From positions 124,001-188,000 of the forward strand of contig JAYWIR010000046.1 in assembly GCA_036172245.1 (NCBI GenBank): a stretch of DNA of 64,000 nt, given 5' to 3'. Below, in pieces: positions 25,205 to 37,373 of the stretch (its first letter is position 1; every line of letters begins with the position of its first letter). Below the pieces are notes generated by a model. The model did not search any database. It saw nothing but the letters and a program-made list of their open reading frames with translations, and had not been told where the DNA came from. This stretch comes from Raillietiella orientalis. Lineage: Eukaryota. A program made the translations under genes and the position numbers.

Positions 25205-25411
25205 CATTCTACCAAATATTGCAAGAAAAGCTGCGCCTATTGTTACTAAAGTCATGAGGGGTCCACCTATCCCCAAAACGTATTTAATGATATTGCATAT
25301 TACTTTAGTAATTGCATCACGATTAGTATTGGTAGCACTGCTCATATGCGAAAAGGAAGTAAATAATATTATAAGAAAAACACTAAAAACTTTCCTAGTT
25401 GTTGGGTTCAT
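25205..25411 (-). pseudogene. virB2: Wolbachia/Anaplasmataceae-like VirB2/TrbC type IV secretion pilin, 3'-truncated
   Basis: Signal-peptide-like N-terminus then KVICNIIKYVLGIGGPLMTLVTIGAAFLAIFGRM, matching the recalled rickettsial VirB2 core (VICNII.YV.GIGGPLMT.VIIGAALLAIFGRMPW). Homology stops at FGRM. Purine-rich AGGG immediately precedes the ATG. Confidence 0.88.
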
Positions 25412-28400
25412 CCCTATATCTTAAATTTAGACATTTGGTTATATCTAAAATAGTATAACCTTTGGTAAAACTAGCATATAAAGCGAGACTAAAAAGTACT
25501 CGACAAACTCCGCCAGCGGGTGACTCATTCATTACTGCCATTAATATCAAGTTTACAAATGTCACCAGGGATTGGTTATGCAGCACACATGATCGTTAAA
25601 AAAACGTATTGGGATGCACGCACTGTTTCATCGCATATGAAGTGAAAGGGTTTAGTAAAGAGAGAGTCGATTAATAGAAGGAATACTGATCAAACAATAA
25701 AAAAGGCTCATGGTTGCTTGTTCCAGATCATGTTATCCTTGTTTCCCCCAAAATCCGATTCTCTCCATGCAGATTAATGTGGCAATCGTAGAGATTCCTC
25801 TAGCAATCAAAAGGCAAATTGGAATTTCACGACTATAATTTCAAGATGTTTTGCTGATGAAAATGCAGCAGCCATAAGTATTACCTTCTTTCAGTCAATC
25901 GCTTTTTGTTGATAGGTACTTCATGAGAACTTTGTCAATGGAATAATAATTACTAAATGTCATCAATATTATTCTGGTTCTAATGATTATGTGTTTGCTA
26001 ATCCGTTTCGCCTTTTTGCTGTGCTCGTTTCTGCATTAATTTAGGATTTTTTGATGCGCGATTCATTCAGCATTATTTCATTAAATGATTCTCTTAGTCT
26101 ATACATATATATGATCTTCAGTGTTCATAAGAATTCAGTATTTTTCTAAAAGTGGTAGAGCAATCCAAATTACTCTTTCAAAGTCATACAAAAGAAAAAT
26201 CTTCCATGACTTTTTAGTTTGAAATTACAGCAAGATCGGACTCAGTTTCACGCTACTCGACTCTTTCTTTGCCTTCTAGCTTCCTCAAGATCATTCAGTA
26301 TTCCTTTTTCAATATTAATTTAATAGTTATTCATCAAATGGATGAGTTTTCTCAATTTATGCTGTAAATTTTTTTCATGTCGAAAATCCTTCAGATAACA
26401 GTCCCGGTACAAGCCTCCAATCGGAATGTTGGATAAAAGATGGTCCACCTTATGAATCTTCTGAAATTGTAACCGATCACGCGTTATCGGAAAGTCTATT
26501 CTGTGATTATGTTCGTTCTTCATACTTTTGTAGGAGTCACCTGTGAGTTGTAGAGTCAGTCAGTACTTTGGGTCAACAAATGACAGATCGTTAGCAATCG
26601 GAGATGTTGAGGTTGATCGTTAAGGAAATTAAAGTCGAAACAAAGGAACCGATTTATCTGGGCTTTCAAAAACAACTTTTGCATTATAAACACTTACACA
26701 CATCCTTGATACTGAATCCTGTTCCTCCTTAAAGTTTGAGGAATAAAGACCTAGCTGATCTTATATGAAACCATGCTTCCATTGTGATCTTTTTAGCAAA
26801 ATGAAGGGATATTCGAATGAAGCACGTGATTTCATAATCTCTGGCGCCATGCAGCGTCCGATCCTTTTGCTAGCTAAAGCGGACAGGAATCCAGTTTGAG
26901 GAATCAGATTCGTGTGCCGTATATTTACAGCCTTGATATGTGTTCCGTCTTGCTTGTCTAATTCTCAGGTCATTAATTAGAAGTGCATTCTGTCATCACA
27001 GGAGATAGAACTCACATCCGTCCTCTAGAGACTCCCTCTGCTTTTATCCTGGATCATTCCAATATCTATCCATCGATTACCTTGTTTTGCAGTTTACTCT
27101 TGTTAGGGTGTGAAAAAAGTATCGATGGATCTTGCAGTATTTCTTAGAACACGTTACAGAATTATTGCCAGTCTTAGACCTTTTCTATCCTATTCCGCTT
27201 TTTTGTTTGACCCCTGACAAATTGATTATCTTGTAAATGATGATCAGCTTACGATTTTCGCAGTTAATTGCCATTCTCTTTGTGAAACCTCTGATTTCAC
27301 TTCGAAAAGTTAGCAGCGAGTCCTTTCCTCTTTATCCATTAGCTTTGGAGCAATTGGATGCGATTTCTATTAGAAACTGTCCTCCACATGTACTAGGAAA
27401 AATCTCATCTCTGCTCTCATTTCGAGCCTACATTCACTTCACTTCCTTGGGCTGAGATCACTTGACCGGACTGCCTTCATCAAATATAAGACATAACTAA
27501 AACAAATGAAACCATTGAAACACGACCAAGTTTGCGAATGGAGTTGTTAAGCTGTAATGACGTGTGAGTGCTGAGATCGCCGATTATATTCCAGTAGCAT
27601 CGATGATTGTATGAACTGCTTTGGAAGGTGTGGGAGTATTAAGTGAGATTCGTTAGGATGAAGCATGTTCAACTGCACCATTCACACTTTCCAAACGAAC
27701 ATGAATATCTTGTCATCATCCAAGTTATGGCACCCTCCGATTACCAAAGGATATCTTCCGTATGGTAAGGTGGAATAAAAAAACTCATCAGATCTGTCTT
27801 CCTTATAGAAAGAGTATTCAAGCTGGAGATTACTTTGGATAGAATACAGTGCAAGGGCTACAGAAGGAAAATGGAGCCATGAGACTGCTCCTAGAGGAAA
27901 AGTAGCCTTGGAAGATAAAGTGTTGGTGAGCAGAGTCCATTAGTTTAAAGAAGCTCAAGATGAATCACATGTTCCCTTGGTAGAGTGCCGGCACGCGCAG
28001 TAGAATTTCTCGTTCCTTTGTGCGACAAGCTATCAAAAAAGAAATTCGTGACAATGGCAAAACGTGGCTCTTAGAGACAGAAACTGAGCATAGTCCATCA
28101 GGGGACATTTGAGAACGTTCAAAACGTCGGTGTATTCTCCAAAGAATTCGAGTGGTCTTTAGAAGATGATTTGTGAAGTCTCTCCTGACCTAATTACAGA
28201 GATGCAATATGGTGCTGCTACTCGCTTGCTTTAATGGAAAGGAGGTAAATAACGAAGAGTAGAGGTCGTTCAGAGGAGAGGACAAAAGAAGATTCATGGT
28301 AATCATTCCAACATTAAGCAGCTTGTCGAGTTCGGGTGATGACATGACATTGCTTGAGACTGCCACCGAGGATAGGGAAGAAATCGCGGGAAATACCCCA

Positions 28401-29399
28401 TCTTTATGGAATAAATATCATTTCATGATTCATCATGAGAAAGGGAAACACCAATAAACAGTGCAACTGACTAAGCTTCAACGAATTGAGCTTAGCATGA
28501 GAAGAGTCTCCTGAAAACTCAGACAAAAGGCCATTCCACATCCACTATTGCTATTGGTATTTCCTTTTGCTCGAGCGATGTCTAAGAAAGTTTATGATGA
28601 AACAGACAATAACTTAGAAATCGGTTGCAGAGTTTCCATGAAGAACAAAAAAGAGGAATTGTCTTCTGTGCGTCACATCCTTCTCTCAATAAAAAAAGGA
28701 AAGCAGAACAGCTTTTTTCAATGTAACATCAACAAAGGAGCTCTGGAGCTCTGTAAACTGAATGCAGGCTTATCCTAAGATGGGATACATGGTCGAGTAT
28801 TCCGAATCCATGGAATTTTTTAAAAAATATGCTTTAATTCCATTATTAATGCTGGTTAATATACAAGTACTTCTGTCTAAGCAACTGGATCTGCGAACAA
28901 ACTCCATTGCATCTGTCTTATTTTAACCTTACGTAAACTAACATATCACAGAGAAAGATCACCTCCGTTCGGTTTCGAATGAAGCTTTCGGTCTCACTCT
29001 ATCAGCTAGATAAAAATAAAAACTTCTGTGATTAAAGCAGTATCTTTTCAGCCTTTTCTTTTCTGCCTATAGGTTTTATGAAAGCACATGCCAGGATCAA
29101 TCAAAATACATTAAGCACTCTTCTTCACCACCCAGGATAATTCCATAAGGACCTATTAAATTATGGTCGAATATGTTGTCCAGAAATATGTATGCATAAG
29201 AAAATGTGGTAGGAATGCCATGTTACCCTCGCGAAATTAGCAATAGAAATGGTATCCATCAAACAGTTCTTGGCTCGTTGCTGACCTTATGTACACAAAT
29301 ATAGTATCTGCAATAAAATCATGACGTCACGTAAAACGACTGGCTCTGTGAGTTTGCACGGCGAGTGGCACTCGCGAATTACAGTTACAGTGCGGCGTG

Positions 29400-32300
29400 G
29401 ACTTTAGTAGGGAAGCCCGCTGAAGAGATGGAATTCGGATTTTTCTTCTCGAAAAATGTTTAGCTGAGATGACTTTGGATGCTGTGCGACGAGCAGCTCT
29501 CTAGCCGTGAGTTCTTTTCCTGACCAGAAGGAACCTTTTATCCTATGCAAACAGAATTTACTCTTTCATCCACCAACTGGGAATTCCGCCGTGATGCGTA
29601 ATAAGAATGGATGTGTTGGTTTCTTTCCTGATGAAATGGCTGTTAAGACTTTTTAATGAAATTTTAGTTAGGCCTACTTCATGACACCCAGATTCACTCT
29701 TGAAGCTGTGCAGGTTTCCTAGGACGTGCTACATAGAACTCCTCAGACGACGATTTGAATTATGGAACAGTGAAGAAAGGGATGCTAGTGTGAAGCTCTC
29801 TTCTAGAAGATTGTGTGATGAGTGAGGACACGCAGCTCTCACTGATCAATCAAACATGCACGCAGATGCTCATCTATGCCGCCAAGCATAATACAAAAAG
29901 AAAATTTGTCCGGAAATAAGTTTGCAAACTTCTTGCCTTGTGAAATCAGTGAGATTAAGAAACAGATTCCTCTGCAAAGTTCACTGTGTCCATCATTAAA
30001 GAACCTTCCGTTAACCATGTGCTGTATTTCTCTTGATCGAAGCAGATAAAACAAATCCTACTGATTTTAATGGTTTTGTTGTAGAGTAATGAATAGAAAG
30101 GAAGGAAACACACTCAAATCACCTCACACCTTTCTCTTATTCTTCTTCCCGATTAATAGTTTTGGTCTTTTTGAGTTTCTCTAGCTTTCCTACTATCCCT
30201 ATTATCAAATACTGTGCGAATAGAATTGGGTGAATAGAAAACAGCTCCCAATTTATGCAAGAGAGAAATTCGTCTTCTGAGCGCCGAGAACGGAAGAGAG
30301 GAAGTGATCAGACCTCGAGGGACCTCGGATTCTGGTCTCTTAAGTATCTTAAACAAGCGTAAAAGTATCCTCGAGAATTATTCGAGACAGGCACTTTAGG
30401 GAGCGCGTGATTTCATTTAAAATCCGACCTTCAAGGTTCGACAGACAAAAAAAATTAGCGATCATCGAGTTGACAAGAGCCTCAAGTTGTGAATATTACA
30501 GGTGTCAGAGTTACGAAATGATTTTTTGCTGCTCGATAGTGGGATAATCCGGTGGAGAAAAACAGCTTTTTTTGATAGCGGAGTTGCGGCAATGTTAGGT
30601 TTCGTTGCCATCTCAGGAGGAAAAAGAATTCGAAATTCTCACATGTTTTACACGCAACTGTAAAATCTGTTGAAAGGAACAGTCTGAATCTTCACGTTGT
30701 CTACATCAGATGACATTCATTCACTATGAAAAATGCATAGCAGTAACACAAAACAAAACGCCATTGTTATCTATTATCTGATCACTGTTGATTAGTATTA
30801 CAAAATTAACGTATAAAATAATCCTAATAAAAATATAGATTGATTCATCATATATATACAGATATATATATATATATATATATATAAGCGCTTTATTCTT
30901 TTCATCTAAGTTTGAGACGAACGTGAGCCATTCCTGAATGATGGATTCTCCTGTCCATCTAACAATTTTATTCTGGTTCCCCTAAACTCTGGCCACGACT
31001 CTAGATAATAAACGTCTCTAAACGCTATGCACTTGGTAAGGTAGAGGTTTCTTTAGTGCCCCCACTTCTCAAGAGACAATTGCCTTGCAAGAGTTAAATT
31101 ATCGCCAAAGTTCGGACGTCTGTCATAAAAGCATACATGTTATCCTCCTGATGCTGAATGTATACATTTTCTAGCCACTGACTTCTTTCCAATCATGCCA
31201 GAGAATTCCTGCATCAGCATCTATCTCAGATAACATGTAGAAATATACTCTACACAAGAATATCTCACTACTTCCTTGAACGACAACTGATATGGAGTTC
31301 GAGTACTTCCAAGGTTCTTCCCTGAGCATACCTATCCGCAGCTGCTACAAATATTTAAGAATAGGCCTTTCAAACATATTTCTGTTCTCTGTTCTAATCC
31401 TTTGAAAGCTTTACTGAAGTCCTGAAACTGCACCTGTTCTTCTCAAAGGATCTCTGAGATGATTGCTATCCATATTCGGATAAGGGCAGTCTGCTAACGC
31501 CTAGAAGATGTTAGCAGATGTAATTTGCGTGAATTAATGTAAGTGTGCGAAATAAAGAAGATCGTTAAAAACCCAATAATCACGTTAGTTATGAGAACGA
31601 ATGCGCTTGGGATGAGCTGGAAACGGACTTTTGGCCAGTCATCGATTCTTTGACCACATTTCAGATGCACCACCACTTACTTCCCTTGCTCACTTGACTG
31701 TTCCTTTTATTATCCCAATGGATGTTGTAGGAAAATCTATTTTAGGGCATCTTGGTTGTTGAAGTTCCCATTTCCACCATTCGTGCACCTCTTTCTTTAC
31801 GTGGACTGTTTGGAAATGGAGTATTCACGCTTTCTGCCCTTGAATCCCATACGTCCAGCAACAATCTCGCGCCGCCTGCATGAAGATTGCGCACGACTTT
31901 TATCACAATCCCAGTGTGCACTGAGACCTATATCCTGGTGAGGGACAATTCAGTATTGCGATAGCATTTCCAGGGTTCCGTGGTCAGTTCCTTTTTGGAT
32001 GCTGAAACACGAGTACCTGTTTCATGTACCTTCAAAACTACGAGTTTTGGAATTCTCCTGCTGAATCCAAGATTACTGCTTGGAGCAAATTGCCTGACAC
32101 CCCAAAGAATCAGGAATCAAGGGTGTCCTCCAGGAACCGCAAGTTTCCATAATCCATAATCACTCCTCAAACTCTTAAGTGAAAAGGTGAATACAAAAGT
32201 CGCAATGACAACAGATCTTTTGCTCTGAAAGATGTTCTGATGGTGCAGGCCCCGTGCAGTGGACATACCAAGCAGGAAGGCGAGATGAAAGCAAATTGCA

Positions 32301-34400
32301 GAGAAAACTCCAGCAACCAGACAGCAGCAGAAAATTTATTGATCAAGGTTTTGGTTGCATGAACCCACTTTTTTTCTATTTCTTATACAATTCTCTCTTC
32401 TCTCAGGAGCACGAACTCCCAATTAGATATCTGTTGTATTTGATGCAACGTGATACCTTCTAGATGAAGTCACTCAATTTCGAGTTGTGGTTCGGGATAA
32501 GTCGTTACGAAAACTTTGTTTGAAAAACAACACAAAATCAATGCTTCCAAGTTTTTGAAAAAACAAATCGATGCAACATCCGGAAATGTTCGCTGCAAAC
32601 ATATGATTGCTATGTGTGGATCGCTTATGGAGATAGTGACTTCACGAAGGTAGGCACATTCGAACAGAGTTGATTTACAGAACTTTTTTTCTGATTTGAA
32701 TGCAGAAAAAACTCTAGTTGTCAACTGGTAGATACGTTTCGGACAGTGCCTTTAGCGTATGATTCTGACTGTATCGTACGCTATTCTTCCCGTTTCTTGG
32801 AAGCGTGATCGGCATCCGAGCTGTCACTGAACTTTGAATGCGATCAGGTGTTCCTCTCTTTCTCTGAATTGGAGAATGCAGGTCCAGTTGCCTTCTGTAA
32901 ATCTTGAAAACCAATCTATGGTAATGATGAGTGTTGATGGTGCTGGTTTCTGCCTGTGCGAGGCGTGGAAACCTCTTCAAGATAACTAAAGGATCATTCC
33001 CACCTGATGGTTTGACCACTTCATAACTGGCTTTGTGGAAATTTTCCTCAGAATCAAAGCCACTGTAAAGTCAGAAGCTGGGGTGGAGGTCAACCCAAGC
33101 CTCTTTTTACTAAGTGCTTCAGTTTGGATGTTGATAGGGAATCGTTCACATGCGTCGCTTTCCGTTCTTTGGGTTTTGGATACTCGAAACGCTCCTCTTA
33201 ATTTGAGTGCTGCTGTTCGAAAGGCAGATGCGATCACATAACACCATCAATGAATGGCGTTCATGATCTGCAATAGGGATCATTCTTCCGGCCTTGGGTG
33301 GTCTCCTGGGATATTTCAACTGGAATGGTTCGCAGCTCACCCTCCGTTTGCTTTTGATCCAGCTTTCAAGGTCAAAAAACGAGTCGAGCAAAACTGGTAC
33401 GTGACGGCTTACTGACGGTATGTTGGCACTTGAGATCGAAACTACTGCTTCTGATTCTATACAGGATTCGCTTGCGTCAAAGAAAGCGGAGAAGCAGTTC
33501 TGCTGTTGGAATTGTCGGCTCCTTCGATTTCCTCTAAAAGACACCGAGTTCCTCGAGGTATATCCTCGATCTTTTTCGGCTCCCTTGGAAGGGTGAAGGA
33601 TTGATGGCAAATGTTGCCCAAGACTACAGCAGAGTCGCCAGTAAGAGCCACACCATTGAAATCTGTCAAACAAACGAAAATGATGGTTGACTCTGCGAGA
33701 AAAACAAAATTCTTAGACTCTTCCCAAAATGCCTCCATGACTTCCATTGCATTCTTTTGAAGAGACAAAACAAAACAAAACAAACGGGACCCATTTTCCT
33801 TTTGTGGGTTTCCTTCTAAGATAATTTCCAGGAAAGGCAGGGTTATGCTTGCTGGTGTTGCTGATTTCTCTCCATGCTGACTAACAGCGATCGTTTGCAA
33901 CAAGGGGAGGAGGAGTCTTCGTTTCCAGGCTCCTCTAGTTGCCATCGCAATGTTCACTCTTGGAGCTCTTTCTTGTTAAACTTTAACAAACGCTGCTTGA
34001 AAAGATTTCCACATAACAGTCTGAACTGGTCGATGTTAACTCTAAACAAAAAACAACAAACCACACATACACGACAAAATGAGTAAAAAGCCTTTTCACA
34101 TTTTTGACCGGGGCACCTCGAAAATGGATATTTCTCGATCAGAACGGACAACAGGTGATTTTTTCTGATCTTTTCCTTCAACTGTTCCACGAACCACCAG
34201 ATATATACCCAGCTCGTGGCTTACAATAGGCGGGCGCATTTACGCGTGTCTCTTCTTCTTCCCGATTAATAGTTTTGGTCTTTTTGAGTTTCTCTGGCTT
34301 TCCTACTATCCCTATCATCAAATACTATGGGTGAATAGCAAACAGCTCCCAATTTATCCAAGAGAGAAATTCGTCTTTTGAGTGTCCCTATTGCGGTATC
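29400..34400 (-). mobile_element. Degraded BEL/Pao LTR retrotransposon (gag, protease, partial RT, integrase remnants)
   Basis: Remnants in BEL order: SITLPFLEIILEGNP (cf. IKLPKLE..FDGNP), ALTGDSAVV, Cys/His knuckle traces, NFGDNLTLAR.LSLEK, IIQEWL, and integrase-like KFS..MLGGIDEHL. PBS-like TGG near 34198. A ~140-bp direct repeat occurs at 30140-30282 and 34253-34383. Confidence 0.55.
30851..30885. repeat. (TA)n microsatellite, interrupted
   Basis: tatatatacagatatatatatatatatatatatata. Confidence 0.9.
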
Positions 34401-36455
34401 CTTAAGTCCTGCAAATCATATCGCGAGCCATGTCCTCGCTGTTTGCTTCCGTTATCTCTGATGCTCTATTCACGTGCCATCCTGCAGTCTGAATTGCCAC
34501 GTTGGCGATTCGGGTGCCATCTCTTAACTTCTCATGGAACTATGGGAAAGACGAACCGTCCCGACAGGTTTCAGCGGACTTGCATTGCGCCCGTATGTAT
34601 GTTTCCACAGGGGAAAAAGAAAACCTGTGTGAAAAGAAGGGAGGCGAAAGCTGTGCATGTATAGTTATCTAAGTTTCTTTCTACGTACTGGTGCACCTGG
34701 CCGACGACAGATGGGGACGTTGTTGGTCAGTATTGCGTAACTCGAAAGCAATGCAACGGAAGAGATCACTGTCACCACTCGATGCTATGTGAATCCCTTC
34801 CTGAAGATACAAACGCGGGGAACGATTGGGGAAAGCGAAGACCGGTCGGAACCTGGCTGGAGCCTGTGTTCCTCTTCCTGCCACCGAGACTGGGATATAC
34901 GGCTGCGTATGCCAAGATCGATGGAAGGAGGTAATTTTCCCCCTCTCCCCCGTGTTTTGTCGCTCTTACTGCGTCCACAGTCGTGTGGGCGTTCGCGGAA
35001 GCAGCTTTTCTTGCAAACCTGGAGCCCCCTTTAGCGCGGGCACGCAGACTTTTCAGCAGAAGGGTAGCTTCGCCTCACTGGCGATGGTAACGATCAGTGG
35101 AGTGGAGTGCGTGGGAGGAGCTCCCGGCGCCAGCATAGGCAGTCGCCCTCGCATTCTTGCACAGAGGTCGCTGCGGCGAGAAGAAGGGAGAGGAAGGGGA
35201 AGTGCAGTGAAGCCTCAGGACGCGGTTCGCAGCTGGGCCCCCAAGTCAACCCTGGATGCTCGGGGGCACTCTGCTTTTTGCGGCGCCATGCGTGCTGCTG
35301 GATCACTCGTGGGAATGGCGGCGCGCCTGCTCGTGCGAAAGACGCCCATCCCATCATTACCGCCCTGCTGCTGTGGCTCGCTCTCGCTCGCACTGGGCTG
35401 ATATGCCAGTGCGCTTGTGGGGCCTGCGGCACCCGCCCAGTGACCTGGCTCAGCTGAGGCCGGTTCTCTCTTCCTCCTCCCCTCAGGGAGCTCACCCCTC
35501 GAAGGGACTCCAGCCAGCCTTCTTCACCCAGGAGGACCTCTTCGTGGTCCAGGGACGGACGGTTTGTGAGCACCGCATTCCCTGCGGCTTTTGCTACCTG
35601 CCCGAGGGGCCAAGACGGGAGTGGAGGAGCTTCCTCATCCTCTTTCTTGTTAGCAGGTGTGGGGGACAGGACTTACAGAAGAGCCCTTTCCGTGCTGTGA
35701 CGCTTCTGTCCTTCCGGATCGCATCGAGCGCAACGGCTGGGAGAGGAATGGACGCCATACCGTGCGGGTGTTCCTCTCCGCTCTTCTGTCTTACGTACCC
35801 GAAGAGTCTGGAGGAGAAGGGAGGGGGGGGGAGGAGTGTCGTTCCGAGCGCTTCCTTGCGGCGATTTTACGCATCCCCTTTTACGGGTTTCCGAAACGCG
35901 CACGGTTCGCAGCTGTCCTGTGGCGCAGGCGCACCCCCTCGGACGCTTGTCGGTGCTTCGTCGTCTCCTCGAAGGAGCGGTCCCTCCCCTGAGGAGAGAG
36001 GGATCTTCTCTCCTAACGCCTGAGCTCCCTCACGTAGAGGGACACCCGTTTTCCCTGTTTGGTGATGCAGGCGCAAGCAGTGCTGCCCTCGCCGGGCTGC
36101 TTCCACCCGCTCTCGGCCCCATCCGTGGTGCGTGGTGTGCGCATGCGCAGGCATGCGAGCGCGACTGCCGGCCGGTCGGGTATGGTTGCGCTCGGTGGGG
36201 ACTGATACGTGCAAGTCGCAGCACGAAGAGCCGCGCTATGCTCACCACGACTGGTCGACCGACCGGGCTGTGCAGCTTCCGAGTTCGAACAAGACCCTCG
36301 GGGGAGGGAGGGGTGACACCAGGAAAAAGTCAGCGTGTCGTCCTTCAGCGTCAGCCCTCCTTTCTCTTGATGTGCCTCCGCGCGTATGTGTGCGAGAGAG
36401 GGAGGAAAGGAGTTTGCAGACGTGGCTACATTTTTAGTCCCCGCAGAAAAAAAAA

Positions 36456-36467
36456 TCAGTGACGTCA
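36456..36467 (+). promoter_or_regulatory. Inr-like TCAGT overlapping a full palindromic CRE (TGACGTCA) upstream of the SLC13 gene
   Basis: TCAGTGACGTCA about 0.9 kb upstream of the SLC13 ATG, inside the CpG-rich domain. The ATG is directly preceded by an acceptor (ttttctag), implying an upstream non-coding exon. Confidence 0.4.
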
Positions 36468-36734
36468 GCGGTTTGACAAGCCAAGTCCCCAGCGCAGTAT
36501 CCGCTGCTGCCGACCGACCGCTCCCGCTTCTCCGGGAGAGGTCGGTCGGAGGCAACAACTTTCCTCCTCCTCCTCCTCACTCTGCTGAGTGCTGGACAAG
36601 GCTCAGAAGGAACCTGTTTCCCGCATGCCGTCCGTCCCTCAAGAGACAGGTCCGCGGACCTTGCTAGCGCACCTCTCCGTGACGCCCTGGGACCACGTTA
36701 ATACCGAGTAATGTCGGTCTTCTTCGGACGCATC

Positions 36735-36769
36735 CTCTCTCTCTCTCTCTCTCTCCCTCTCTCTCTCTC
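36735..36769. repeat. (CT)n microsatellite / GAGA-like tract
   Basis: ctctctctctctctctctctccctctctctctctc. Confidence 0.9.
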
Positions 36770-37373
36770 CGTGGCCTCCCTTGTCCCGAAAAATCTCCAT
36801 CTGCAGTCAGGGCTGCCAGCGTTTCCGCAGCGTGGGAGCATGCTCGTATCGCCTTGAACTTTTCCGGAGAAAGACGTCGAGAGAAACGGAGGGGATCTGG
36901 AAACGAACGAAAGCAGGTCCTGGATTTTCGCATGAAGTTAAGACGAGGAGGGAGGTGAACTCGTGTCTCGGCACCAGGTGTGCATCCTCGGGTACCTGAT
37001 CGGCAAAGTACCGATTCCGCACACCGCCAACGGTGGTCCCGTAGCCAGCGAAGAACTTGTGCGGTTCTCGGGGGCAGGTATGCGAAAGACGGGTTCCCGA
37101 AATGCGCAAGTGGGCCAGCTGACGAGTCCAGGAAAGCACGCCTTCGTTCTTTTCCATCCCGTCCGCAACCACTCGAGGTCTTTCGGTTTCCTTAATCACG
37201 GAAAGCGAATAAATGCCTTCTCAACGATGAATGTTCCTCAGTGTCTCCTTTGACCCGCGGAGTGTGTGCGAGTGTGTGAAGTGCTCCATGCCACCAGCAA
37301 CGTAGCGGGAGCGTGGCACGCTTTCGCAGTGGGATCCGGCAACCCGTCGAGCTTCCTGATTTCGTTTTTCTAG

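Noticed and set aside
34700..37300. Many overlapping 100-255-aa ORFs on both strands
   Set aside because: Expected from stop-codon scarcity in GC-rich DNA; no recognisable domain or consistent splice pattern.
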